A stretch of 64,000 nucleotides of DNA, taken from Blasia pusilla. Its lineage: Eukaryota. The stretch covers positions 47,492,001-47,556,000 of the forward strand of contig CM114271.1 of assembly GCA_050084515.1 (NCBI GenBank). The letters are read 5' to 3'. The notes beneath the pieces were generated by a model. It was not told where the DNA came from. It searched no databases and saw only the letters and a program-made list of their open reading frames with translations. The translations under genes and the position numbers were made by a program. Below are positions 47,571-59,430 of the stretch, in pieces (positions within the stretch are counted from its first letter, which is position 1; each line of letters starts with the position of its first letter).

Positions 47571-48981
47571 TAGGCCGAGTGTTCCGTTTTAACTCTTATT
47601 TTTACATGAGATAGATGGCTTGAGAAGGCAAGGGGGAATTCATTGTTTGCACGTAGGCAAGCAAGTTGCCTCAACGGGAAGCCTCTGTAGACGCTGGTTG
47701 GCATTTTTTTTGTAGCAGTTGTCGTTACAAATAGTTTGTTTTCATTCGGGAAGACGGGCATGGAAGCGTTGTTCATTTTTCCAAGAGAGTCGCTGAAACT
47801 CATTGATGGAAGAATTGCGGCAAGCGTCGAGAGTGGCAGTGGAAGTAGGAGCAAACGGCCTGGGAATACGTTGGAAGTCATAGAAAATTCTGGCAGCCAC
47901 GCTAAGGAGAGCGCAGGTGCATTGGCTCTCGTGCCAACGGAACGTGCAGGAGAGAAAGAATTTGGGCCGGTCGAGGGCGCACACTCGGAAGTTCGGGAGG
48001 AGAGCAGAGCCTATGAACAGGGAGGCGCGCGGAGAAAAATGGAGAGGGAAAGCGCCCGGAAGGGGTCCGGAGGGGGAGCCAAAGGATGATGTACATAAGA
48101 GTGGGGTGAGAGTATGGGGCGAAGGCCATAGTTTGTCCCGAAAACGCATTCAAGGCGCGTAGGGTAGCGCCTACCTCGAGCTGGGTCGGGCCCAGGTTTT
48201 AGGGTTGGGTACCCCAGGATGGGGAGGTCGCAACGGAGGATAAGGAGGTCGCGATGGAGGATAGAGAGGTTGCGACGGATGCCGTGGAGAGATGGACAAC
48301 GACTGGAGACGGACAGCGCGAAATGGACGGCCCCCATCTTGTCCGTTGGAGGGACGGACTACGTTCGGTTCAAATGACAGAACTTTGCCGACGGGTATTA
48401 GGGCGGGAATTAGGGGATTCAGGCATTTAGGAACGAACACGGAAGAGCGGGAGAAACCGAACACGGAGGGATTAGCATTTCATTACGAGCGGATTAGCAT
48501 TTGGTTACGTGACAGAACGTGGCCAGAAGAAGAGCGGGAGAAACACGGAACGAGGAAGAGCGCTTTGTATGCGGAGACTGTGATTAGCTGATTAAGAGCG
48601 GATTAGCATTTCATTACAAGCTTTATTAGTTCTAACTTGATTGATTACAAGCTGCGGACCGCGGATTACAAGCCGGATTAGGCGGATGGGGTCCACTCCG
48701 TAACTTTTTCATGTAAGATATTATTTGCGTCCGTGAGTATCATTTGCCAATTTGCACGTAAGAAGCTATTGGTGCCAAATTCGGCTATGGTGAAAGATAA
48801 AATCTTAGTTCGTCATCCAGGAAAACATGTCTATTATTATGTGCACTATAATTTTGGTGTTCCATTTATGTACTATCCAGTCTTGCCCAGGTCGAATGGA
48901 CTGAATTCACACTTGAAGCCTGCACTTGAATTGGAGCCTGCACTTGAAGCCTGCACTTCAATCCCTGAACAACTTATAGCC

Positions 48982-51900
48982 ATGGTGAAATTCAAGAAAT
49001 ATTCAGTTGCATTTGAATGCGATGTTATCCAAAACCCTCTCCAGATCCTTTTTGAGCGAGCACTTGATTTGGTATGGCAATAGAAAAGAGGCATGGATTC
49101 CTTCACATAGGGTTGAAGACTTCATTCATGGTGAAGAAAAAAGACCACATTTAGGAAAAGGAATACCAACAAATCAGGGAACATACATGTTACAATTCGA
49201 TACTGGTGTTCATATGGACCCCAGGATAATAGGAATACCGTCTGCACCTCTCTGCCAAGTGAGGTTTTTGATTCAAACCTGCGCTGCAAAGGAGGTAAGG
49301 GTAGTAGGCCAGAAAGCCAAAGTACGTGGCTTGCGTTGTCTTGGGGACGTGGATGCCAATTTCACTTTGCCGTTGTAACCTCAAAGGAGGCCCTGGGTGT
49401 TCTATGTTGAGGCATATGCATTCCAAGCATGTTGATAAGGCGGATGTATATGCCATGGGGACCTAGACAGGACTACGGCCATTGCGAATGCAATTGTTGC
49501 CCCGAAGTTGAGTTCTCATTGTAGGGATTTTGTTGAACGGTTATTGCGAGTGAACGTGAGCCCCTTAAATATCATGAAGGAGCAAAGGAGATGGATCCGT
49601 GAACACATTCGCGATAATCCTAATCAGGAACAAGCTTGGGGCAGGGACGCTATGTTAAAACCACAAGATATCCTTAATATCAAGCATTCAATGGGAAGAC
49701 GCGAAGGGGGGTATGATGGAACCGATGACGCCACTGCAATCGAACATTGGGTTGCAGCTCATCCTGAAAATGTCATACACTACAAGGAGGCCATTTCAAG
49801 TTTAGGCCAACCTTTCCGCCTGGTCATTTCTACACCTTGGATGCTAATATTTTGCATCTTGGTAACGGTGGAGCCATCTACATGGATGCCACTCATGGCA
49901 CAAACACATATGAGGTAATTTCAGGGCCTTAGAACCATAATGTCATTCTCTTAGAGGAGTATATAGGCTACATAAGTTCTGTGGTATCATTTGACAGTTG
50001 CTGCACGATCTGGCAGAAATGCTAACATTTGGAACGTTGTGTTCACTTTAATAGATATGTACATGAACAATCGGAATCCTGAACACACTCTTTTTTATGT
50101 TCACAGTATCAGCTATTCACGTTGCTGGGTTTTGACAAGTTTCAGAACAGATTACCTCTAGTATGGGCCATTTTACAGAGGCATCAACATCGAGATCTAG
50201 TGGATGCATTGGCCCATATCAAGGATTGGGCAGATACATATATGATGAGAGATTTTGCGTCGGTTGGTAGCCCCGGTTGGAAACCATCATGCTTCATAGT
50301 TGACAACTCCAAAGAGGAACAGTCTGCAATCAGAGAAGTCTTCCCCGATGTTCCTACAGACCTATGTCTATGGCATGTAAGGAAGAATTGGTTAAAGCAA
50401 TTGCACCATCGGGTCCGCTGTCCAATTACAAAAGCAGACATGAACAGAGACTTGGGTGGTGTCATGTACTCACGTGAAGAAGGTATGTTCTATGCGAGTC
50501 AATAATAGTAGTTTTTTTCATTGCTTCTCAGCTATGTCCGTTGTGGGAGTAGGCTTCATATTAATTAAGCAATGGTTTTCTGGCCCAGATCCTGTGGATG
50601 TCTCATATCGTTTCATGCGCAAGTGGGCTGCAACTAAACGTCACTTTGTGAAATACTATTTAAACTATTGGCATCCTACGATTGTTACTTGGGCAAAGGG
50701 TTATCATAAGCATGCAAGATCCAACCAAGATACAAATGCCGCGATAGAAAGGTGGCACCACACTCTGAAGATGCATTTCACTTCTAGCATGCCTACAAAA
50801 CCCACCAAGAAGCTCATATGGCTTGTGCAGATCTTATGTGGGGAAATAGAAGATTTCTTTTGGTACTTGGGATTTTTGAAACGAGAGGGTATGGTGAGGA
50901 ACAAGGCAATCCAGAAAGTCATGCTCATGGCTATTAGAAGGTCAAATGATATTCCAGAGAACCATGTCACATTTCAATTGGTAGATGGGAGGAAATGCGC
51001 AATGGTGAAGAGTTGCTCCAAGCCAGACTATTGGCATGATGTGGTTGACTACGACAAGAAAGATGTTGCTTGTACATGCTCTCGTGCCAATGAAGGATTC
51101 ACGTGCAAACATCAGGTGTGTTTCTTGCACCCCGGATTTGGTGATTAAGCTATAGTCCCACCTCAAATCAAACAATCCTATGTATAAAGTATGTCTTATT
51201 CCTGCACTAGATGTACGAGGATTTTACATGCAGCCTACTCAGAAATTTTAAATTGTATCAGGTGAAGTGCTTATTGTTGAGTGGGCACTCTGAAGTAGAG
51301 TTATTGTCTTTCCTTGGCACACGTTTTGGTAGCAAAGCGGATGGGTTGGAAAACATGGTGCAAAGGCATGCACAGGAGCAACATGGTGACACACCAGTGG
51401 AACCGGAATTTTTTGATGATGTTGGTTATCCAGAAGAGGTGCAAGCTACTACACCTACAGTTGTATCACAAGCAACAACTCCGGAAGATGTTTGAGAGAT
51501 GGTGGAAAAATGCTTGGCCACAACCATTGGAGCCGCATTCTGCAATGTTCTTCTTGAACATTTATGTGCTTTTGCAGAAGGATATGGACTCACTTCTGAA
51601 CCTGAAGGCGCGGATAGAAACGAATGCAGAACTTCCAAAAAATTTAATTAACATTGGACAACACTTCCTTGAACCCTTTGTTGGAGGCAATTCTCAAGAT
51701 CGTCGGCAAATGGGTTGGTTTGAGCGGATGCATCAGAAAAGGAATTCACATTCCACACGTTCCATATGGAAGAATCAACCCCAAGCAATAATGAACCAGG
51801 TGGAGAGCGAAACGATCAAAATATCTGAACATGGAGGCGGAATTGGAAGCAGATGCAAGTAAACATCTTGATTTGGACGCTATCGTGAGCCAATATGAAA

Positions 51901-52130
51901 GCAAGGCAACTAACGAGAATACTCAATAGTCAGAATGGCCTCTGGTAGATACAAGGCCACATAAGAACTACAAAATCAGCTTGACTACTAAGAGAACCAC
52001 AGTAGATGTCATACTTGATAGTGTGTTGGATGAAGAGCGATATGTTGCAGAAAGAAGTCAAATGTATGATTACTCAAGAAGACCCGATAATTTGTATGTA
52101 GTCCAGGATTCCCAGATTCAAGATTGATTA
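48982..52130 (+). pseudogene. Mutator-like (MULE) DDE transposase with a SWIM finger, intron-containing and frameshifted
   Basis: Motifs across frames: WIPSHRVEDFIHGEE, YWCSYGPQD, RGCQFHF, KHVD, YMDATHGTN (D1), LFTLLGFDKFQNRLPLVWA, WKPSCFIVDNSKEEQSAIREVFP..LCLWHVRKNW (D2, CxxH), TNAAIERWH (E) and the SWIM finger CTCSRANEGFTCKH. The 3' limit is approximate. Confidence 0.88.
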
Positions 52131-52818
52131 AGTATTTCCGAATTTCACATATTAGCCACGGAACACAAGAAATCTGATGTTCATCATAAAAAAATGTATT
52201 CTTTACCAGATTAGCGCTTGGCGACTTCTCGGCTATCTACAAAACATGCAACCGGTTGAGTCTTTGGGACTCAACCTAAATCTTCCGCTTTGTCACGTCT
52301 GTTAGGATGGATCGACGAGATCTAGTAGAGTGCCTTTGGAGGTATTGGAGGACAGCCTCAAGAGGTCGAGGATGACCTGATGAGGCCACAGGTAACCTAT
52401 GCTCGCAAGTCACCTCCTTGGCTCTAGACCTGCTGTAGCAGGTTAAGGGCCACTTCCCAAAGTGGTTAACTATACTCAATATGGAAAATTTTGGTTCTTA
52501 TTGTCTCGATGTTTGGATTCAATAAGTTAGCATGGGATCGTATGTGTTTGTGTGTATGTTCGGTGATAGCGATGCGTATGCGCACGATAACTTGCAAAAC
52601 TTAAAGTCAAGAGTGCTTCAGGGTGAAGCTAAGTGAAGTAGAGATCAGGTCCTACGACAAAATTATGCCATTTTGATAACATCACCACTTATGATTTTTT
52701 TGGTATTTTCCAATCTCCACCTAAGGTTTTTGACGTACCTAGTTCCATTTTTCTTACGGTTCATGTTGGAAAAGGCTATTAGGGCGTCCCAAATTTGTGT
52801 CTATAGTCGTGGATATCA

Positions 52819-52821
<3 letters not shown>

Positions 52822-52909
<88 letters not shown>

Positions 52910-52980
52910 CTTTCTTTCTTTCTTTCTTTCTTTCTTTGTTTGTTTGTTTGTTTGTTTGTTTGTTTGTTTGTTTGTTTGTT

Positions 52981-53039
<59 letters not shown>
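52822..53039. repeat. Compound microsatellite (TA)n-(TTTC)n-(GTTT)n-(GT)n
   Basis: Four abutting perfect tracts at ~52822-52907, 52907-52937, 52938-52985 and 52986-53039. Confidence 0.98.
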
Positions 53040-53042
<3 letters not shown>

Positions 53043-53369
53043 ATGGATTTATAATAGGTTGGAGGTAGGGTGCTAGAAGAGGTAGACAATCATCTCTTCC
53101 GTCCATATGTAGAGACACATTCCTTGTGCATTTAGTTCACATCATGTGGAAAGCACAACACCTAATAAAATAACATACCCTATGATGTCAAGAGATATTC
53201 TCCTTGTTTTTACAATCAATGGTTCTACAAACTTTGCAAGACTTATGTTCCCCTATCTGAGATGCCCTAGTGTCTTTGTGAAATATTGCCTTAATACTTC
53301 ACTTCAACGGAATGGTCAAAACCAGTAATATCCTCAGATAAAATGAGAAATGTAGTATGATTGGAGCAT

Positions 53370-53611
53370 GTAGTCATTAAAACCATAAGTCATTATTTAT
53401 GACTCACAAATATTAGACAAGTGTGAAGCTATAACTTGTTTATGACTAAAAGTTATTGCTAAATAATTTTGTCACAAGTACGTGACTAGGTAAGTAGGAC
53501 GATCCTAAAATTAATGACTAAACCATTAAATTAAGTCATAATTTGAATTAGTCATAATTAATGACTAAACCATTAAAGTTAAGTTATAAAAACCATACAT
53601 TTCTTCTAGTG
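53370..53611. mobile_element. One end of a CACTA (En/Spm) element
   Basis: catttcttctagtg ending at 53611 is the reverse complement of CACTAGAAGAAATG. It is preceded by direct and inverted subterminal repeats (attaatgactaaaccattaaa x2, tagtcat/atgacta). The partner end was not found. Confidence 0.65.
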
Positions 53612-56600
53612 ATATTGTTCTATTTGGAATGGACATAAATAAATTCAAACTCCTCAACCCAATATGGGCTCAGCTTTCTACTCTCACAAGGTGCATACGC
53701 TCCCGCTAGGAAGCTTTCTCCCAAAATCTTGACCTACCTCCTTCTCTCCCTCATCCAAGCCAAAACACAAGGACCATTCTCAATGTACATTCCAACTGGT
53801 ATTCTAGCTCAAAACCGCAAACATGGCTGAACATGAGACACTAATGTGGCCAAATTCTCATTCCAAATAGTAAGTGGCTAAAGAGAGACAGAGTATCCCC
53901 GTAAAGGTAATTCTCGTGTTATTTTTTGGTTCCACTCTCCATCCTATATTGCTAATTATTTGCTTTGACCCCAAAATTTTTGGCCCTCAAAGCAAACGTG
54001 GATCGAGACTCCCAACTCCATGTTTGGCTAGTTGAACTCCAAGATGAGTCGTAGATGACTTTGGTCAATCTCATGGCCATTCACAACCTTTCTTGACTCA
54101 CCAATTCTTGCGGCATCTCGCTTGATGTTCGTTGCATCTTGTGGACAACCGCCTATCTTGACTCATGCCTTCACCTCTCGATGTTGATCTTGCTGCCATC
54201 TAGACTACTCCATACTCCCAATCCACTTGCCCTTACCTAGGACTAACCTCAAGGCTCCTTTCCCATCTTGGTTTGTCCCTAGTTCTTGCAAGTGGTTCCA
54301 TCCCTTTCTCCTTGAACTTATCTCAAGGCATGTGAGTGTATTTACTAGTCTTATCTCATGGCATGATTTCCCCTACTTGGGTCTCTAAATTTGATCTCAA
54401 GGTAGGTTTCTCACCCATCTTGACCTACCTTTGCTTCAACATTTTGATATCTCCCTAGGTTTTTTGTGTTTATTCTCAAAAAGGTACATTCTTTTTTTAT
54501 CCACAATCATGATTTGACTCCTAGGTTCTTTGGAGTGTTTACGTCTAGAACTTAGCTATTCATGTTGTTGTCAAAGATCATCCAACTCCAAAGTTCTTTG
54601 CTTCTCCAAGGTTGTGATGTTCTCATCCATAGCATCAACCCATTCCACCTCTTTAAGAGTCCTCGCCGCCTCGGCTCTTGTATTTCAAGAGTTTTCACCA
54701 AATGTGTATATTACCAAAAAGCCATCATGGATGAATGTCAACATATGATTTCTTATCTTGAATGATGCTCTAAATATGGAAGTTCAATCAAGACTAGAAT
54801 CTTCTACTCCATCTCTTAGGGCACACAATTGTTCCATGTTTCACTTACTTCACTTGATGGATTCTCTTCTCATCTCAACCTTGTTGACCATGGATTCTAG
54901 ACTTTAGAAAGTTGATCATCTCTCATGTTCCTTTTTTGGTGTTGTTGGATGATGGTCCTTGTGAAAAAAACAGCTCACTTGGCATGTAAACAATATGATT
55001 GAAGATGATTTCTTATAGTGTGACTTCATTTCATCAAACACCATATGTCTACTTGTGCAAAACTAGTTTTTGGACTTATTGTAATGCATATAACCCGTAA
55101 AATCTATACCATAGCCCAAACCATACGCCTCTCATTTTTCTATCTAAGTTCTACCATTTTTCACATGGAACATGAACAAAGCAACGCAACCAAATATCTT
55201 CAAGAATGCAAATTAGACTTCTTGCTTGTGAAGATGTCTTATGATGTCTTTACATGCACTAGTGTTGTAAGGGTTTGATTCATTAGATACATTGTATACG
55301 AAATTATTTTGCCCAACATTCTTGAGGCATATTCTCCTATGTATTGATTATTCCTCTTTGCTAATCCGTTTTTCTTTGTAGTGTAAATGCATGTAACTTG
55401 CCTTATGATGCCATGTTGTTATGGGAAGGCATCAAACTCTCGAAAGATAAACTTCCCTCCAATCTTAATTTGAGAATGTAAAGATTGCTTCACATCTCAC
55501 TTCTAGATTCTTGAAGTTGTAGAAAATCTGAAATACTTTAGAATATGATTCTAGTTTCAAGAAGTATACTCATTTTCTTCTAGAGAAATTATCAATGAAG
55601 GATACAAAATACTTATTGCCACTCAAACTAGGTTGCAATTTTGTCTAGACATCTCCTTGTACAAGCTCTGGTATTTTGAACCCATGTTTACTTTTGCTTG
55701 GAAATGGCTACCTCGCTTGCTAGCCAAGGTTACGCATGGACAAAGTCCATGTCTACGTACATGTCCATGTCTGTGGACTTATGTTTGTGTGAGTATCTGC
55801 AGCCAACCCCACCCACCCCGCCTTTAACGTACATCCGGATTCCACCAGCCCGCATCCAGTCTTAGAACCCATCGCCCATTTTGTAGCCCGCATTGGCTCG
55901 TGTAGGGCGGGCTAAGGTGGCAAGTAGGGCATGTTGCAGAGGGCAAATCCGCAGCGGGCCCTAGAGGGAGGGCTAAATTTGGCTGCATTGTATAACAAAA
56001 AATGACATGTGTGATCTGAAAAAAATTTCTCTCCCAAAGCGGATTTGTGATGAAAAAGATGAACAACAAATTTGAAAAAGAAACTCATCAACTCACCTTT
56101 TCTCATGGTCCTTCTCTCTCCGTGGTCACTACTTATTTTCAACAGTCCATCTGGATGGCATTACAATGTGCACAATCATTGGTGTTAACACAACGAGTCG
56201 AAGTGGTTGGTGGCCACTCACCTTGTTGTCCATTCATCTCCGACCAATTACAAGTGGTTGTATCAATTTTCTTAACGTTATTAATTGCGTAGTTTATTGC
56301 ATTTGTTTTTCAGTTGGCTTGTTACCATGTTCTATTTGTGTGTCTTGCCTCCTTCCCTTCTTGGGATGTTGGTGCCTTTATTCATCCTCTTTTGAGGTTT
56401 TTTTCTATAAATTTAAAAAATAAAAATTAAGTGGATTCCATGAGAAATGGCGCAAAAAGTACAAACTAAGAAACTACACACCTATTAAGGTAATCCTATT
56501 GGATGGTCCTCTTTGAAGAAATGACCACACTAATCCAACTAGTCTAAAATGTTCATTGTTAAAGCCTCTCCCACTTGCCGAGAAATGGGACCTAGACAAA

Positions 56601-59430
56601 AGATGCACCTAAAGACCATCATGATATGAATTGATGATGCTACTATCGATAACTTATTACTAACTTATTACTATCGATGCAATTTAAGGTTCCTATTTTC
56701 AGAGGTTCCTTTACTATAGAAAGTTTCATATTGTTTCGAATCGTAGAAGGTTTTCCCAAGAAAATAATTAAGAATTAATAGAAATACCCGTGTTCTCACC
56801 AAGTATTTGATGTCATTGCCCCATGCATGTCAAGCTCTTGTAAGGGAGGGGTATGTAATTTGTTAGTGCCCATGTTACACAAGATATCTTCCATCCACAA
56901 GAATTATTAATTTATATGTTTTTTCAATTCATGGGATGTTACATTTGGATTTTTTTGAACACTTGTAGGGATGATTTTGGGATTAAAACTGTCATATCTA
57001 ATAGGAAATAACACAATTTTAAGCCATGAGATGGTCAACTCAATAATGAAATAGTCTACCTTTTGAAAATTTATGGATGTGCTCCATATGGATTGTATAT
57101 ACCACTAATCTGAGAATGGACGTAGAGTAATAATAGGTATTCAAAGCCCCAACCATTCAGGACTCCAAAACCCCACCTCTCTTGCTAGGTACGGTTGGTT
57201 ATTTGAGAGTAATTCTCCACAAATATTTACCCGCCCTTGCCTGTATTACAGCGGACAAGGTAGTTCACTCGAACGCAATTAGATGACTACTTTTGAAGAC
57301 TTTCAAAACAAATATCCCATTTACAAAGTTTCCTGTGTGAAACTTTCTATATGCACACTTATGAAAGTAGCAACCACCACCTTTGGGATACAATGTAAAG
57401 AAGTTGAGAGGTGACGATTATGGCTATAGTAGATATCAAGCATTATGGTTTCAATCATGCAAACCCTAGACTTTGCCTTGTTTCACTCCCTAAGATGTGA
57501 ATCTTGTGTGAAGAACCTATACTAGGACAAACATGTTGGTTCCACACCCACCTACTCAAGTAATAAGTAAACCACACATCTGACATACATCAGCAGGTTC
57601 CACATACCTATGAAGGTAGTAGATCTAGTACAGGATTACTTATCTGTAAAACGAGTGCATCGGTCATGATCAGTCATGATACTACTGCCACAAATTGTTT
57701 CCTAGAAAGAAGGTTCTGCTCCCACCGTCTAGACAAAATCTGGATATGAAATCCAAAATTCCAACACCCCCTTCATGAACAATTTAGAGAGGCGCAGTTC
57801 CTAGATCAAGAATCTTGCTTCCAGATAATGCTAATCTCTGATAGATCTAGAACTTCAATCTAGTCTCTTCAACAGTTTGGTCTTGCAATGTTATCACCCA
57901 TCTCAAAAGCGGCCTTCTCTTGATTTTCAACAACCTCTGTAGTTCAAGAGAAGACCTTGTGCAAAACATATTCTTCACTATTGACACATTATCTCATGAG
58001 ATGTGGCAAGACACAAAACGTACAGCGGTGCAGTCCCCATCGTGGATACCTCGCATGATGGATGGCTGATATAAATAGATGGATTGAGTTCAACCATTGG
58101 GTCACAAGACTTCCAACATTGGTACTAGCACTTAAGTACTAATGCAGGCAAGCATGACTTGGGACTCTTCAGCTGCTATCTAGTTCACACGGGGGGAAGC
58201 ACTGGGCATTGGGAGAGATGAAAATTGCTGGACTGTAGTCTGTTTCCCCACCAGCATCTTATGATATCTACAACTAGGATAACTCATCGTTATTTGTTAC
58301 TGGGTCCTGGCCCACTAGGACAAACCCTGTATACAGGAATTTAAACCGATCGACTACAAGAAGAACCAAAAAGCAGGTTATTCTTGTAGGTTTGTTGCAT
58401 TCTATTAAAGATTATCCAAGGGTCGTGTGCAACACATCAAAAGTGAACCGCTTGCTGAAAGGTAGTGAGATGATGACGGGGGTACTCAGGAAACAAGAAC
58501 CTGTCATGCATCCTGACAGAATCTCCAAGATGACACAAGAAGGAAACACAGGACACATTGGGAAAGAAAGGAACCATTGGGCAACTATATCAGCTTTGCC
58601 AGTATACACAGTTTCATCTGGATGTAAGGAAATTCAGACAACTCCTGCAGGTAAATGGATGGGAAGGGTGTGTGCAGGCAGAGGTTGTTGAAAATCAAGA
58701 ATGGAATATGAATGTACTCAAAAGAGGAAGTGCCCTGTACTGCCTCCATCCAGATTACATCCTGGATGAGAAGTACAGAATTAATGCATTCCAGCAGTGT
58801 ACCTGCAGGATGGGAGAGTAGATTCACTTAATTCAATGTACTTTCTTACACTGAAGTTTGATGAGCTTCATTTTGTATATTGAACCATGGGGTATCCAAT
58901 GCAAGCTCAGAATGCCTGATACTTCACATCGAATACTCGCTCGCTTTTGATGATTCATTTAACTGCAATGGAGAACTTTACAATTTACCCTACCACTAAC
59001 TCTGTAACTGTCTAACTTTGAAGGAAAGCAATTTACTCCGGCAAACCATCTGCATACAAGACTATTGAAAGCATACTAGAAATGAGGCATGCCATTCTCC
59101 TTTCAGTGAAAACAAGGTGAGTCGTGCCAAACCTTTTTTTTTCTTGCTTTATATCTATCAATTCGAAGGGGGTTTCACTACCGACATGATTCAAACTTAC
59201 ACCCTGTGGTGTGTTGAGACAATGGAAATCCTCTTGATGGTCCTTTCTCAAAGGCTAATATAGCACTCGTAAAACAATTCTGTCCGACATTTTGCCAATG
59301 AGGAGGGTAAGTGATCAACCCATCTACATAATTTCTATGATATGAATGGCAATGGACCTGCTGTGAGCACACTCACATTGCAATTGCTCACATGTAGAAC
59401 AACTTCATCGTCCTGTTCTGGTCCCCATGA

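Noticed and set aside
47570..52820. Terminal inverted repeats for the MULE
   Set aside because: No reverse-complement match between the flanks could be found by eye.
52673..53089. ORFs with YIYI/CVCV/THTH repeats
   Set aside because: These are translation artefacts of the microsatellite.
53640..55600. Minus-strand retrotransposon gag/pol
   Set aside because: The composition suggests decayed TE, but no diagnostic motif could be read.
57800..58920. TAS3-like locus (miR390 sites / tasiARF)
   Set aside because: Only short partial matches were found (ctgagctt, ttgcaagacc), with no convincing pair of miR390 target sites.
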